Below are positions 46,317 to 59,307 of a stretch of 64,000 nucleotides of DNA, in pieces. The position numbers were made by a program, and so were the translations under genes. Location: contig CAXXLZ010000002.1 in NCBI GenBank assembly GCA_963675595.2, positions 3,008,001 through 3,072,000 on the forward strand. The letters run 5' to 3'. Position 1 is the stretch's first letter, and the number at the start of each line of letters is the position of its first letter. The notes under the pieces are model-generated. The model was not told where the DNA came from. It was given only the letters and a program-made list of their open reading frames with translations, and did not search any database. The DNA comes from Thermodesulfobacteriota bacterium. GTDB lineage: Bacteria > Desulfobacterota > Desulfarculia > JACQYL01.

Positions 46317-48355
46317 TTAAGCGGCGTCGAGCTTCTGACGGTCGGCCATATCCATGAGCACGCGTTCCTTCTTCTTATCGATGCCCAGAGCCTTACGCTT
46401 CATGTTGATGTGGTCGATCATCTTCTGAGCGTGCTCGTAAGGATCTTCCACCAGATCCCACATACCTCCGTAGATGTCCGCCAGTTCCTGGAACAGGTGT
46501 TTCTGCAGCCTCGGCGCTCCGCCTACCGGCAGGCCCACGCCGAACACCGTGTACACACCGGAGACCACGAAGTAGTGGCCGATGCTGATGGCTTTCTCGC
46601 TCATCCATTCCGGAGCGGAACCCGCGGCCGGCAGATCGCTGATGTCGTTGCCCAGTCCGCCCGTCTTCACCACTTCCGCCGCGGCCATCAGAATCCGGCT
46701 GTTGTCCACGCACGATCCCATGTGCAGCACCGGCGGAATTCCCACCGTCTCGCACACTTCCGCCAGACCGTCTCCACAGTAGACTTTCGCCGCTTCCGGC
46801 GTCAGCAAGCCCGCCTTGCCGCACGCCATGGCGTTGCAGCCCGTGGTCAACACGATGATGTCGTTCTTCAGCAGTTCCTTCACAATGGTCAGGTGCGCGC
46901 TGTCGTGACACGTACGCGCGTTGTTGCAGCCCACCACACCGCCGATTCCTCGAATGCGGCCGTTGATGATGTTGTCATTGAGCGGCTTGTAGGAGCCACG
47001 GAACGTTCCACCCAGATGATAGTTGATCGCCTCGTAGGAGAAGCCCGCCACCATCTTTTCCTTCTCCGGCGGAATCATCACGTCCGCGTGACGGTTCGGG
47101 AAATTGTCCACCGCCGTCTTCACGATCTCTTTGGCGTCCTCGTACGCGTGGTGCTCGTCGAACTCGATGTGTACCGTGTCTCCGCTCTCGATGCGCGCCC
47201 TGGGGTTCGTGGTGATCAGCTTGGTGTGGAAGCAAGTGGCGACGTTGGCCACGTTCTCCATGATGCACTGCACGTCCACCACCATGGCGTCCACCGCGCC
47301 CGTGATGATGGCCAGCTCCTGGGACAGGTAGTTCCCCGCGATGGGCATGCCGTGACGAACCAGAATCTCGTTGGCCGTACAGCACATCCCCGCCAAAACG
47401 ATCCCCTTGGCACCCTTGCTTCGGGCGTAATCCTGCATTTCGGCGCTCTGCGCCGCCACTACGATCATCTCGGAAAGCAGCGGCTCATGACCGTGCACGA
47501 TGATGTTCACGTGGTCCTGCTTCAAAACGCCCAGATTGATCTCACCGTGCACCGGGTAGGGCGTACCGAACATCACGTCCTGCAGGTCCGTGGCGATCAT
47601 GGAACCCGCCCAGCCGTCCGCGATCGCCGCGCGGCTGCACTGCTTGATGATGTTCTTGTAGTCCTGATCCACACCCATGTGCGTGCGGTGCATGATCTCC
47701 ACGATCTCCCGGTCGATGCCCCGGGGAATCACGTTGAGCTTCTTCCACAAATCATATCGGGCCTGGGGCGCACGCTTGGCGTAGTAAATTTCACCCTCCT
47801 GCTTGCCCCACTCGCCCAGAGCCTTGACTCCCACTTCCTCGGCGATCTCGAAAATGTCCCGATCCTTCATCTCGCCGTCCACTTCCACCTGAGTATCCAC
47901 CTCAAAGTCGCCGGCGATTTCCAGCAGCTTCACCGTATCCTTGATGGTGTAATCGTGGGTCTCCTTGCGGGCCGCCGCCAGGAAGGTTTCCGCCACGCCT
48001 CGGCCGTGGTCCGAGTGAGCCGCCGCGCCACCCGCCACCATGCGGGCGAAATTCCTGGCCGCGATGGTCTCGGGCGTGGCTCCACACAAGCCTTTCCTCG
48101 TATCCTCTCCCTGAATTCCTCCCTTGGCAGAGGCAAACGGCACGGACCCTGGGAACAAATCTTACAACAAATTCCCTGCACACCGATGTTGCACGGCTTC
48201 ATGGACTCCGCACGATCGAAAATCGTCTCGATGCCCATCTTCCGCGATTGCACGATCATTTTGGCCGACGCGCTGTCCACCGTCAGCTCTTGTACCTTTT
48301 TTCCTTCCTTGGCCTTCGGGGCAACGCTTTTCACCTTGGCTTCTTCAGTCGCCAT
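46317..48355 (-). CDS. cooS: Anaerobic CO dehydrogenase catalytic subunit, split by a 1-nt frameshift near 48125
   Basis: N-terminal frame (48355) carries PCNIGVQGICCKICSQGPC; C-terminal frame carries GLCG, GHEP, CCTANE, DVQC, GCN, TTGC, GSCVDN; the frames join at CTG CC AAG GGA. Confidence 0.9.
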
Positions 48356-48490
48356 TATGAACTCCTTAATTATCCGGTTTGAGTATGGTCTTTAGAGTTC
48401 CGAAAAACATCACACTACGCGGGTTCCCTCCGGTTTCACTAGACCCTTTCATATAGAGCCGTTCCGGAAAGAAACATACGCCCTAAAGGG

Positions 48491-50050
48491 CTAATAGAGA
48501 CGTTTGTTAAACCGATCGACCTGTTTCATCAGTTTTTCGACAGGTCCTGTCTGCTCGGCCGCAGCGGTTTTCGGTATATCGACCGCGGCGCACACTTCAT
48601 GTTCATGGCCGGCCTTTTCAGCACGGCGAGCGTCGATTCTGGCCTGTTCCGCCGCTTTGGCTTTGGCTTTGGTTTCCGCTTTTTCTTTGGCTTCCGCCTC
48701 CGCTTTCGCCTTGGCTTCCGCTTCCGCCTTTACCTTTGCATCGGCTTCCGCCTTGGCTTTGGCTTCCGCTTCCGCCTTGGCTTTGATTTCGGCATCGGCT
48801 TTGGCCTTAGCTTCCGCCTCCGCCTTGGCTTTGGCTTCCGCTTCTTCCTTCGCCTTCACGTCCACTTGGGGCTCCGCAGCGGCGGGCTTGGCTTCCGGCG
48901 CGGGAGCGGCGGGCTTGGCCTCGGGTGCCGCAGCAGCGGGCTTGGGCGCGGGAGCGGCTTCTTTCTTAGCCTCTTCCTTCTTGGGCGGCGCCGCTTTCTT
49001 GGCTTCTTCTTCAAAGGCTTCCTTGACGATGGCCGGAAAGTCGCCTTCGGGTTTCTGCTTCATCTGCGCCAACTTGGCGGCGAGTTCATCGGGGCTGACG
49101 GCCAAGTCACCAGTGACCATCAATTCCAGGAACTTCTTCGCCAGCTTCACGGCTTCGGGATGACGCATGAAAAGAATGTCGGATCCTGCCAGAGCGTACG
49201 CCACGGCGGCCACGGATTCCATCATGACGCCTCTCTTCATGGGGTCGCCCAGGTCCGGAGCTTCTTCTTTGGTCAGTTTGGCTTCTTTGGATTTCCAGAT
49301 TTCATTGCCCAGGTTGTTCACCATGGGGAACTGGAGCTTCTCGTCTTCCTGCGCCAGCGCGGCCATTCTCAAGCGTTCCATAACGGAATAGCTGTATTCC
49401 ATGCCGTAGCCCAGGCCGCCTGTCGTGGGATCGATAAGAAGATCTTCCTTGACGCCCAGGTTTTCGAGAAGAATGTTCACCTGTTTGGCCAAGTTGACGT
49501 CGATGGGGCTGGAGGAAATGATGGTGTGTTTGTACCCAAGGGCCGCGGCGCCGATTGCCTTGTGATTCTTTTCTTCGACGGGACCAATGGCGAGATGTTT
49601 GCCTTCGAAGTCTTCGGCGATCTTCTTGAGAACTTCGGCGTCCTTCTCGGGATTGGCGCATCCCCAGATGATGATGGGAACGTCGACGGCGTCGACGACT
49701 TTCTTGACCTGGGCCGAGGCTTCTTCCGCGCCCGCGTTGCGACCGTTGGGATCGATGCTTTTCAATTGGACGACGATCATGTCGGCACCGTAGGTTTCGA
49801 CGCACTTCTTGGCCCACGCACCGGGATCTTTCACGACGTCTTTAAAGGGTTCCAAGGCGGCTTGCGGCCAGTCTTCAGGCTCCATGTCCCACACTTCCAT
49901 GGCAATACGAGTAGGATAGGGCATTTTACCTTCGAATAGATGGAAATTATATGCATTCTCTCCGCCCAGCTTGAGAGTGCTTCCAGGCCGACCGATCTCC
50001 ACTTCTCGAATGGCGCCGGCGTACTGAATTTTTGGAAGTTCGTAGGCCAA
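48491..50050 (-). CDS. acsD: Corrinoid Fe-S protein small (delta) subunit with long Ala/Lys/Glu/Pro-rich C-terminal extension
   Basis: IAMEVWD, DVNLAKQVN, DPTTGGLGYGMEYSYSVMERLR, MRHP; probable TTG start 6 nt after AAGGAGGT. Confidence 0.93.
   Translation of the reverse strand: MAYELPKIQYAGAIREVEIGRPGSTLKLGGENAYNFHLFEGKMPYPTRIAMEVWDMEPEDWPQAALEPFKDVVKDPGAWAKKCVETYGADMIVVQLKSIDPNGRNAGAEEASAQVKKVVDAVDVPIIIWGCANPEKDAEVLKKIAEDFEGKHLAIGPVEEKNHKAIGAAALGYKHTIISSSPIDVNLAKQVNILLENLGVKEDLLIDPTTGGLGYGMEYSYSVMERLRMAALAQEDEKLQFPMVNNLGNEIWKSKEAKLTKEEAPDLGDPMKRGVMMESVAAVAYALAGSDILFMRHPEAVKLAKKFLELMVTGDLAVSPDELAAKLAQMKQKPEGDFPAIVKEAFEEEAKKAAPPKKEEAKKEAAPAPKPAAAAPEAKPAAPAPEAKPAAAEPQVDVKAKEEAEAKAKAEAEAKAKADAEIKAKAEAEAKAKAEADAKVKAEAEAKAKAEAEAKEKAETKAKAKAAEQARIDARRAEKAGHEHEVCAAVDIPKTAAAEQTGPVEKLMKQVDRFNKRLY
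48655..48960 (-). repeat. Low-complexity coding repeats (KAKAEAEA)n and (APEAKPAA) in the acsD tail
   Basis: Imperfect 24-bp units such as TTGGCTTCCGCTTCCGCCTTGGCT repeated in tandem. Confidence 0.8.
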
Positions 50051-50071
50051 TTTCATACCTCCTTGGTGTAT

Positions 50072-50137
50072 TTGTGAATTTTTTAACAAGGCACGGGTCA
50101 ACACATAACTTTAGTGAAATAATTCCCATGCTGTCAA
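50072..50137 (-). promoter_or_regulatory. Sigma70 promoter for acsD with Rex-like operators
   Basis: Minus strand TTGACA-N18-TAAAGT (50137-50108); TTGTGAA-TTTT-TTAACAA at 50072-50089 (1 mismatch to Rex TTGTGAA-N4-TTCACAA); weaker TAGTGAA-ATAA-TTCCCAT at 50112-50129. Confidence 0.65.
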
Positions 50138-50223
50138 GGAAAATTCCGCTCTCCCCGACGGCACGCCCATCGCTTCCCTTCTCGTTTTCCCTTGGCTCAA
50201 ACCTCTTTCGTTCGCCTCCCCCT

Positions 50224-50973
50224 TCAGTCCCCCAATATCTTCTCGAAAACCGAAAAGGAGGAAACTACCGAAACAGAATTGTCAGGCAGATTATAGGTTG
50301 GTTTTCCCTCTCCATCATAGTCGGATACCAGGGAATCCTCCGGAATCGTGCCCAAGAGGGGAAGATTCTCCTCATCCGCCAACTTCTCGACAATTTCCGG
50401 ATTGTCCGACTTCATCCGGTTGACGATCAAACCTCTTTTTCCAATCACCAACTTGAGGTCGTCCGCCAGTCGACTGATTCGCCCCGCCGCCTGAATTCCT
50501 CGACGGCTTGGGTCGGAAACCAACAAAAACACGTCGATGACTTTGGCGTTCATACGACTGATGTGTTCCATGCCGGCTTCATTGTCCAACACGATGTAAG
50601 GATAGTTTTCACTGAGACGGCTGATGTATTCGGCCAGCAGGGTGTTGGCGGCGCAGTAGCACCCCTCACCCTCCGGACGACCCATCACCAAAAGATCGAA
50701 ACCTTCCGCCTCCGCAAGGGCCTCCCCGATCTTCATTTCCATGAAGACATCTTTGGTCATGCCTTCCGGTACGCCTCGCTTCATTTCTTCCCGGGCGTTT
50801 CCCACCGTGTCGGGCACTTTCAGGCCCAGCACTTCGTTCAGATTTGAATTGGCATCCGCGTCAACGGCCAAGACCGGCTTCTTGTTCCGGCTCAACAGAT
50901 ATCGGACCAGCAGTGCGGCCAAGGTGGTCTTTCCAACCCCGCCTTTGCCGGCTAAGGCGATCGTCATTGCCAC
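50224..50973 (-). CDS. cooC: CODH/ACS nickel-insertion ATPase (CooC/AcsF)
   Basis: GKGGVGKTT, VDADANSNL, GEGCYC, DNEAGMEH. Confidence 0.9.
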   Translation of the reverse strand: MAMTIALAGKGGVGKTTLAALLVRYLLSRNKKPVLAVDADANSNLNEVLGLKVPDTVGNAREEMKRGVPEGMTKDVFMEMKIGEALAEAEGFDLLVMGRPEGEGCYCAANTLLAEYISRLSENYPYIVLDNEAGMEHISRMNAKVIDVFLLVSDPSRRGIQAAGRISRLADDLKLVIGKRGLIVNRMKSDNPEIVEKLADEENLPLLGTIPEDSLVSDYDGEGKPTYNLPDNSVSVVSSFSVFEKILGD

Positions 50974-51226
50974 GACTTACGTCTCCTTCCTTCAGGACCA
51001 AGAGATCGTTCTATTGAGAAACCGATCCCCTCCGTGGGGTCGGTTTGTTTCATTCCAACCCTTCTCTCTTATAACAAAACATTTTCGCGATCAACCTTCC
51101 TTGGATGTAGAGCCCCAACACCGCAAAAAGATTCAATTTCGATCTGAGGCTTGTCAACGGCCTTTCATTCCCGTATAAGGTAGGCTGGATTGGAGTATTT
51201 TAATCGTTTAATCAGGTTCTTATCTT

Positions 51227-52537
51227 ATGCTGGACTGGCAGACTCTCTGCACTGAAATCAGCCGAATCCTACCTGCGGAAGAATCTCCGGCGGCTCTTCA
51301 TTCTCTTACTCCCATCCGGATCGAGCACGATCTGATCCTGCTCGAGTCTCCCACCGATTCCCAAAAAACGATTTTTCTCGGCCGATACGGTCCCGCTTTG
51401 GAAAAAGCTCTCAAAAACCTGGGAATGGATCACATTCAAATTCGCTTCCAAGTCCGCTTTCCGGACAAGCCCGTCATTGATGACCGAACAGCTTCCATTC
51501 ATGCCCGGTCTTCCTCTTTTTCCGCTCCACTGAACCCGGCCTTCACGTTTTCTTCTTTCATCGAGGACTCATGCAACTCTCTCTGCCTGCAGGTTGGAAA
51601 ACAAACGGCCGCGTTCAAAGATACTCCGTATAATCCTTTTCTCGTCATCGGCGGCGGCGGTTGTGGAAAAACGCATCTCCTTCAGGCCATTGCGAACGAA
51701 GTCATGATCTCCTCTCCTCAACGTCGAGCCTGCTACCTTTCCGCATCCGAATTCTCGACTTCTTTGGAAATGTGCATTAAGTCCGGTATGCCTGAAAGCC
51801 TCAGATCGTCCATTCTTAAGAGCGACCTATTTCTTCTCGACGACATCGAGAAACTCGCCCATCATCGAAAGGCTCAAGACGAGTTTATTGTCATTTTCAA
51901 CGAGTTATATGATTATGGAAAACACATCGTGCTTTCCTCCGGCTCCTTGCCTAAAGAGATATCGGGATTGGACGAGCGCCTCAGGTCTCGACTCGGCTGG
52001 GGACTCGTAGCTGAAATTTGCACCCCGAGTTCCGCCCTGAAAAAACAAATTCTCCTCAACGCATGCGAAGCGGAGGGCATCCGGCTTTCCGAGGAGATCA
52101 TCTCATATTTGCTGGACCACCCCGATTCAAGCATCCTATTCCTGGAACGAATCGTGGTCCGCCTTGCCGCCCGCCTTTCTCTTTCTCAAGAAGCGCCGGA
52201 TCTGAATCTGGTGGTCAAATTGCTCAACGAGGAGGAGACGTCCGGAAGGAAGGATATCGGTGAAACCGTTCGGAGCGCGGTAATGAAATATTTCGGTGTC
52301 TCCGAGGAAGACCTCGATTCAAGCCGTAAGAACCGAGACGTCGTTTTCGCGCGCCAAACGGCCATGTATCTCATTAGGCGTCTGTCCGACGCCTCCTTTG
52401 CCGCCATTGCCCACCGTTTCGGGGGGAAAGATCATTCCACGGTTGTGAGGGCCTGCAAAAGGATCGCTGATCTCCAGGATCGAGATATTCAAGTTAAAGA
52501 AATTATTGATAAACTTATGAAGATGACTCAGATCTGA
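51227..52537 (+). CDS. dnaA: Chromosomal replication initiator DnaA, highly diverged
   Basis: LNPAFTF, YNPF..GCGKTHLL, DDIE, QDEF, RLRSRLGWGL, ARQTAMYL, FGGKDHSTV; directly upstream of dnaN. Confidence 0.88.
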   Translation: MLDWQTLCTEISRILPAEESPAALHSLTPIRIEHDLILLESPTDSQKTIFLGRYGPALEKALKNLGMDHIQIRFQVRFPDKPVIDDRTASIHARSSSFSAPLNPAFTFSSFIEDSCNSLCLQVGKQTAAFKDTPYNPFLVIGGGGCGKTHLLQAIANEVMISSPQRRACYLSASEFSTSLEMCIKSGMPESLRSSILKSDLFLLDDIEKLAHHRKAQDEFIVIFNELYDYGKHIVLSSGSLPKEISGLDERLRSRLGWGLVAEICTPSSALKKQILLNACEAEGIRLSEEIISYLLDHPDSSILFLERIVVRLAARLSLSQEAPDLNLVVKLLNEEETSGRKDIGETVRSAVMKYFGVSEEDLDSSRKNRDVVFARQTAMYLIRRLSDASFAAIAHRFGGKDHSTVVRACKRIADLQDRDIQVKEIIDKLMKMTQI

Positions 52538-52774
52538 CAGAGAGGTCGGTTTGATTTCCGCATGGATTCTCACTATTGTGGCTCACCTGTGATTTTCTTT
52601 TTCGGAAATGATTTTTCTGAGAATTCGGTGATCGAACGATAAGGAACCGATGAATTTCCAAGAACGTGAAGAGTTCATAACCGGCTTATAAAATTAGAGA
52701 AAATTAGTTACTGAATATCACACATCCCTTATATATATTATTAACTTCCTTACTTCTATTTTAGGAGAGCATAC
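52538..52774. other. Putative replication origin (oriC) / DNA unwinding element
   Basis: AT-rich dnaA-dnaN spacer ending ATATCACACA-TCCC-TTATATATATTATTAACTTCCTTACTTCTATT (box, GC spacer, DnaA-trio-like tract); gene orientation switches from mostly minus to mostly plus around here. Confidence 0.55.
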
Positions 52775-53896
52775 ATGGAGTTCCTGATCAATCGAAGTCG
52801 GTTCGTCAGAACATTGAGCATGGTTCAATCCATCGCAGAACGAAAATCCAGCATGCCCATCCTTTCCCATGTTTGCTTGTCTGCTCGAAATAATGAGGTA
52901 ATGGCGGAAGCCACGGATCTCGAAGTGGGATTTCAAGGGACTTGCGAAGCCGAAGTAAAGGCCGAAGGCACCCTGGCGGTGCCTGCGAGAAAGCTTTTTG
53001 AAATCGTTCGTGAAATCGCTTCGGAGACCATTCGCTTTGAAGGCGCGGAAAGCAAATGGGTGACTATTTCCGGGGCATCGGCTAGTTTCAAACTGTTCGG
53101 ACTTCCCGCCGAAGATTTTCCGGGGGTACCCAAGTTCGAACAACTCAATACCGTCGAGGTGGAAGCGGCTGAGCTGCATCGCATGATCGAGTTCACACTG
53201 TTCGCAGCCGCCGTGGATGATACTCCGCCTTATTACACTAGCGGAATCTATGCTGAGAAGATTCCGGAAGAGGAAGGTTCCGGGCTTCGGATGGTAGCCA
53301 CCGACGGCCATCGACTCAGTATGGTGGATCGATCCCTTTCGGGCGTGAACGATCTGGATTTCGATGCGGGAGTGGTGATATCAAGGAAGGGAATTACGGA
53401 GGTTCGGCATCTTCTGGAAGAGTCCGAGAAAGTCAAGCTCGGCCTCAGCAAGGAAGCGGGGGTTGTGATGTCGGATCATTCCATTGTGTCGCTCAGGCTC
53501 CTGGCCGGCAAATATCCCAATTATCGCGTTGCCGTACATTCGGATGAGCCTATCAAAGTGGAGGCCGAGCGACGACCTTTGCTGGAGATGCTTCGAAGAG
53601 TGCAGATCATGACCACCGAGAGGTATCGGGGGGTGCGCATGGAACTGCTTCCCGATAGTCTCGAACTCTTTCTGAACAATCCCGAAGTGGGAGACGCTCA
53701 TGAAGCGATGAAGATTACGTATCGCCATGAACCCATGAAGATAGGGTTTAATCCTAAATACTTCATCGATGTGCTGAGCATCATGGAGAGCGAGAAAGTC
53801 ACTCTGGGATTTCTCGATATGGAACACGGCTGTTCCATTCGAGGAGAAGCCGATGCCGGTTTTGTGGGGCTGGTCATGCCCATGCAACTCGCCTGA
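52775..53896 (+). CDS. dnaN: DNA polymerase III beta sliding clamp
   Basis: MPILS, ATDLEV, VATDGHRLS, GKYPNY, GFNPKY, VMPM. Confidence 0.95.
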   Translation: MEFLINRSRFVRTLSMVQSIAERKSSMPILSHVCLSARNNEVMAEATDLEVGFQGTCEAEVKAEGTLAVPARKLFEIVREIASETIRFEGAESKWVTISGASASFKLFGLPAEDFPGVPKFEQLNTVEVEAAELHRMIEFTLFAAAVDDTPPYYTSGIYAEKIPEEEGSGLRMVATDGHRLSMVDRSLSGVNDLDFDAGVVISRKGITEVRHLLEESEKVKLGLSKEAGVVMSDHSIVSLRLLAGKYPNYRVAVHSDEPIKVEAERRPLLEMLRRVQIMTTERYRGVRMELLPDSLELFLNNPEVGDAHEAMKITYRHEPMKIGFNPKYFIDVLSIMESEKVTLGFLDMEHGCSIRGEADAGFVGLVMPMQLA

Positions 53897-53940
53897 CATG
53901 AAGAAATCCCGTTATAATTTATCAAGGAGGCGCGACCTGA

Positions 53941-56345
<2,405 letters not shown>

Positions 56346-56346
<1 letters not shown>

Positions 56347-56735
56347 TGTTTCGTTTTAGAATGGGAGCACTGTGGATCAGGCGCGTAGTCGTGATCTGTT
56401 GTTGGTTGTATGGCGCTCTCTCCCTGGCGGGGAGCTTTGGATGCGCCGCCGTGGTGATGGGGGGAGCCGCAGCGGCCGGAGCTTATGTGGTGGCCAACGA
56501 CGAGCGTTCCGTGGAAGCGCAAATCGATGATTCCGCCGTGGTTCTCGAAATCACCGAACGATTCGTTCGGGACCCCGATGTGAGTACGTTGCATATCGAC
56601 GTCACCGCCGTTCAAGGATTGGTGACTCTAAAGGGTGATATCCCCGATGAGGGGCGAATGGAAAAAGTCCTTCAGATTACCGGCAGCGTACCGGGCGTGC
56701 ATATCGTCAAGAACGAAATGCAGATTAAGAACTAA
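56346..56735 (+). CDS. BON-domain lipoprotein
   Basis: Lipobox FG-C, GGAAAAG..DERS, IDVTAVQGLVTLKG, VPGVHIVKNEM; TGATG coupling to gyrB. Confidence 0.8.
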
Positions 56736-56861
56736 TCGCCGAAACTCCTTTCTCGTTTCGAGATTCGGCCGTCCCACGCCGTGGGACGGGTTCTCTCCAT
56801 CCCGGCTTTCTTCCGAACATCGACACAAATCTTACTGAAGCAAACAAAGGAATATCGTCCC

Positions 56862-59303
56862 ATGGACGGCATCGAACAACAACTCGTAAAAGTCAGTATA
56901 GAAGACGAAATCAAACGTTCCTACATGGACTATGCCATGAGCGTCATCATCGGTCGCGCTCTTCCCGACGTGAGGGACGGCTTAAAGCCGGTGCATCGTC
57001 GAGTGCTCTTCAGCATGATGGAACTGGGGAACGATTGGAACAAGCCCTATAAGAAATCCGCCAGGGTGGTCGGCGACGTAATCGGTAAGTATCACCCCCA
57101 CGGCGACTCGGCCGTTTACGACACGCTCGTACGTCTCGCTCAGACCTTTTCCATGCGGTATCCCCTGGTGGACGGTCAGGGCAACTTCGGCTCCATTGAC
57201 GGAGACAGCGCGGCGGCCATGCGTTACACCGAGGTCCGCATGGCTAAACTCGCGAATGAGTTCTTGGCGGACATCGAAAAAGACACGGTGGATTTCGATC
57301 CCAATTATGACAGCACCCTCGTGGAGCCCGTGGTCTTTCCCACCAAGGTACCCAATCTTCTGGTGAACGGAAGTTCCGGGATCGCCGTGGGAATGGCCAC
57401 CAACATTCCTCCTCATAACCTGGGAGAAGTGGTTGATGCGCTGCTCGCCTATATCGAACGACCCGACATTACGGTGGATGAACTGCTCCGGGTGTTGCCC
57501 GGGCCGGACTTCCCCACCCACGGCTTCTTATACGGTTCCAGCGGTATCAGGGAAGCTTACGAAACGGGCCGGGGTTCCATACAAATCCGAGCCCGGGCCC
57601 GCATCGAAAGCGTAGCGAAGAAGGGTCGAGAGCAGATCGTGGTGACGGAGATTCCCTACCAGGTGAATAAGACGCGTCTCCTCGAGAAGATTGTGGAACT
57701 CATCAAGAGTAAGAAAGTCACCGGAATTCAGGACATCAGAGACGAATCCGACCGGGAAGGCATGCGCATCGTTTTGGAGCTCAAACGGGATGAACTCCCT
57801 GAAATCGTTCTCAATCAGCTCTACAAGTTCACTCAGATGCAAGTTTCTTTCGGGATCATCATGCTGGCCATTGTGGACCGCCGGCCGGAGGTCCTGAGTC
57901 TCAAATCCATTCTTCGGCATTTCGTTTCTCACCGAAAAGAAGTCGTCATTCGCAGGACCATTTACGATCTGAACCAGGCGGAAGAGCGGGCCCACATCCT
58001 CGAAGGTCTCAAGAAGGCGCTGGACCATCTGGATGAAGTGATCGCCTTGATACGAGCCTCTTCCAGCGTGGCCGAAGCACGCACGGGCCTCATGAACACG
58101 TTTGGGTTCAGCGAAAGGCAAGCCACGGCCATTCTGGAAATGCGTCTCCAACGACTTACCGGAATGGAGCGCGACAAGATCGACCGCGAGTACGAAGAGC
58201 TGCTCGAAAAAATCGCGTATTTCAAAAGAATCCTTGGGGATGAGCAACTTGTGCTGGATATTATCTCCGAAGAACTTCGGGAATTGAAAAAGAGCTATTC
58301 CGAACCTCGTCGAACCGAAATCATCCCCGAAACCAAAGACCTGGATCCCAGGGACCTGATTGCCGACGAAGAAATGGTCGTGACCATCAGCCATCGGGGA
58401 TACATCAAAAGGAACGCCATCAGTATCTATCACAGCCAGCGTCGAGGAGGACGGGGAAAGACGGGCATGGAGACCGTCTCCGAAGACTTTGTCGAACATC
58501 TTTTCATTGGTTCCACTCACGATACGTTCATGTTTTTCACGAACCTCGGCAAAGTATACTGGCTTACGGTTCATGAGATCCCCGAAGCGGGGCGTGTGGC
58601 CAAGGGCAAAGCTTTGGTGAACCTCCTGCCTTTGCAGCAGGGAGAGCATCTCGCCACCATCCTTAACGTCACTTCCTTCGAGGACGACCGATACGTTCTC
58701 CTCGCCACTCGCAAGGGCCTCGTTAAAAAAACGTCTTTATCCGCTTTTGCCAACCGCCGGACCAATGGAATCATCGCCATTCAGATCGACGAAGCCGATG
58801 AGGTAATCGCGGCCCGCATTACGGACGGCAAAGAGGATGTTCTCCTTGGTTCGGCCAAAGGAAAAGCCATTCGGTTCCAGGAATCGGAAGTACGGGGCAT
58901 GGGAAGAACTGCGCGGGGTGTTATCGGAATGAGGATCGACGACCAAGATCGCGTTGTTTCCCTACAAATCCTTGATCCGGATAAGGAACAGACCATTCTT
59001 ACCGTCACTGAGAACGGGTTCGGAAAGAGAACTCGACAAGAGGACTACCGGCGCCAGGGACGCGGAGGGCAGGGTGTCATCGATATCCGCACTTCACCCA
59101 GAAACGGGGATGTGATCGGAATGGTGACCGTGACGGACGAGGACGATATCATGTTGATCACGAATCGTGGTATTACCATTCGATTGAGAGTCCGAGAAAT
59201 CAGTGTCATAGGACGTGCCACCCAGGGAGTTAGATTGAAGACAGTGGAAGACGGTGAGTGGGTGGTCAGCGTTGCTCACCTGGCGGAAAATGGAGAAGAC
59301 TGA
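56862..59303 (+). CDS. gyrA: DNA gyrase subunit A
   Basis: [24 protein letters not shown], GyrA-box QRRGGRG, CTD blades. Confidence 0.97.
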   Translation: MDGIEQQLVKVSIEDEIKRSYMDYAMSVIIGRALPDVRDGLKPVHRRVLFSMMELGNDWNKPYKKSARVVGDVIGKYHPHGDSAVYDTLVRLAQTFSMRYPLVDGQGNFGSIDGDSAAAMRYTEVRMAKLANEFLADIEKDTVDFDPNYDSTLVEPVVFPTKVPNLLVNGSSGIAVGMATNIPPHNLGEVVDALLAYIERPDITVDELLRVLPGPDFPTHGFLYGSSGIREAYETGRGSIQIRARARIESVAKKGREQIVVTEIPYQVNKTRLLEKIVELIKSKKVTGIQDIRDESDREGMRIVLELKRDELPEIVLNQLYKFTQMQVSFGIIMLAIVDRRPEVLSLKSILRHFVSHRKEVVIRRTIYDLNQAEERAHILEGLKKALDHLDEVIALIRASSSVAEARTGLMNTFGFSERQATAILEMRLQRLTGMERDKIDREYEELLEKIAYFKRILGDEQLVLDIISEELRELKKSYSEPRRTEIIPETKDLDPRDLIADEEMVVTISHRGYIKRNAISIYHSQRRGGRGKTGMETVSEDFVEHLFIGSTHDTFMFFTNLGKVYWLTVHEIPEAGRVAKGKALVNLLPLQQGEHLATILNVTSFEDDRYVLLATRKGLVKKTSLSAFANRRTNGIIAIQIDEADEVIAARITDGKEDVLLGSAKGKAIRFQESEVRGMGRTARGVIGMRIDDQDRVVSLQILDPDKEQTILTVTENGFGKRTRQEDYRRQGRGGQGVIDIRTSPRNGDVIGMVTVTDEDDIMLITNRGITIRLRVREISVIGRATQGVRLKTVEDGEWVVSVAHLAENGED

Positions 59304-59307
59304 GATC

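Noticed and set aside
44788-49939. Long plus-strand ORFs (505, 694, 446 aa) opposite the acs genes, and similar antisense ORFs elsewhere
   Set aside because: Shadow frames of GC3-biased genes; no motifs, SD sites or plausible composition.
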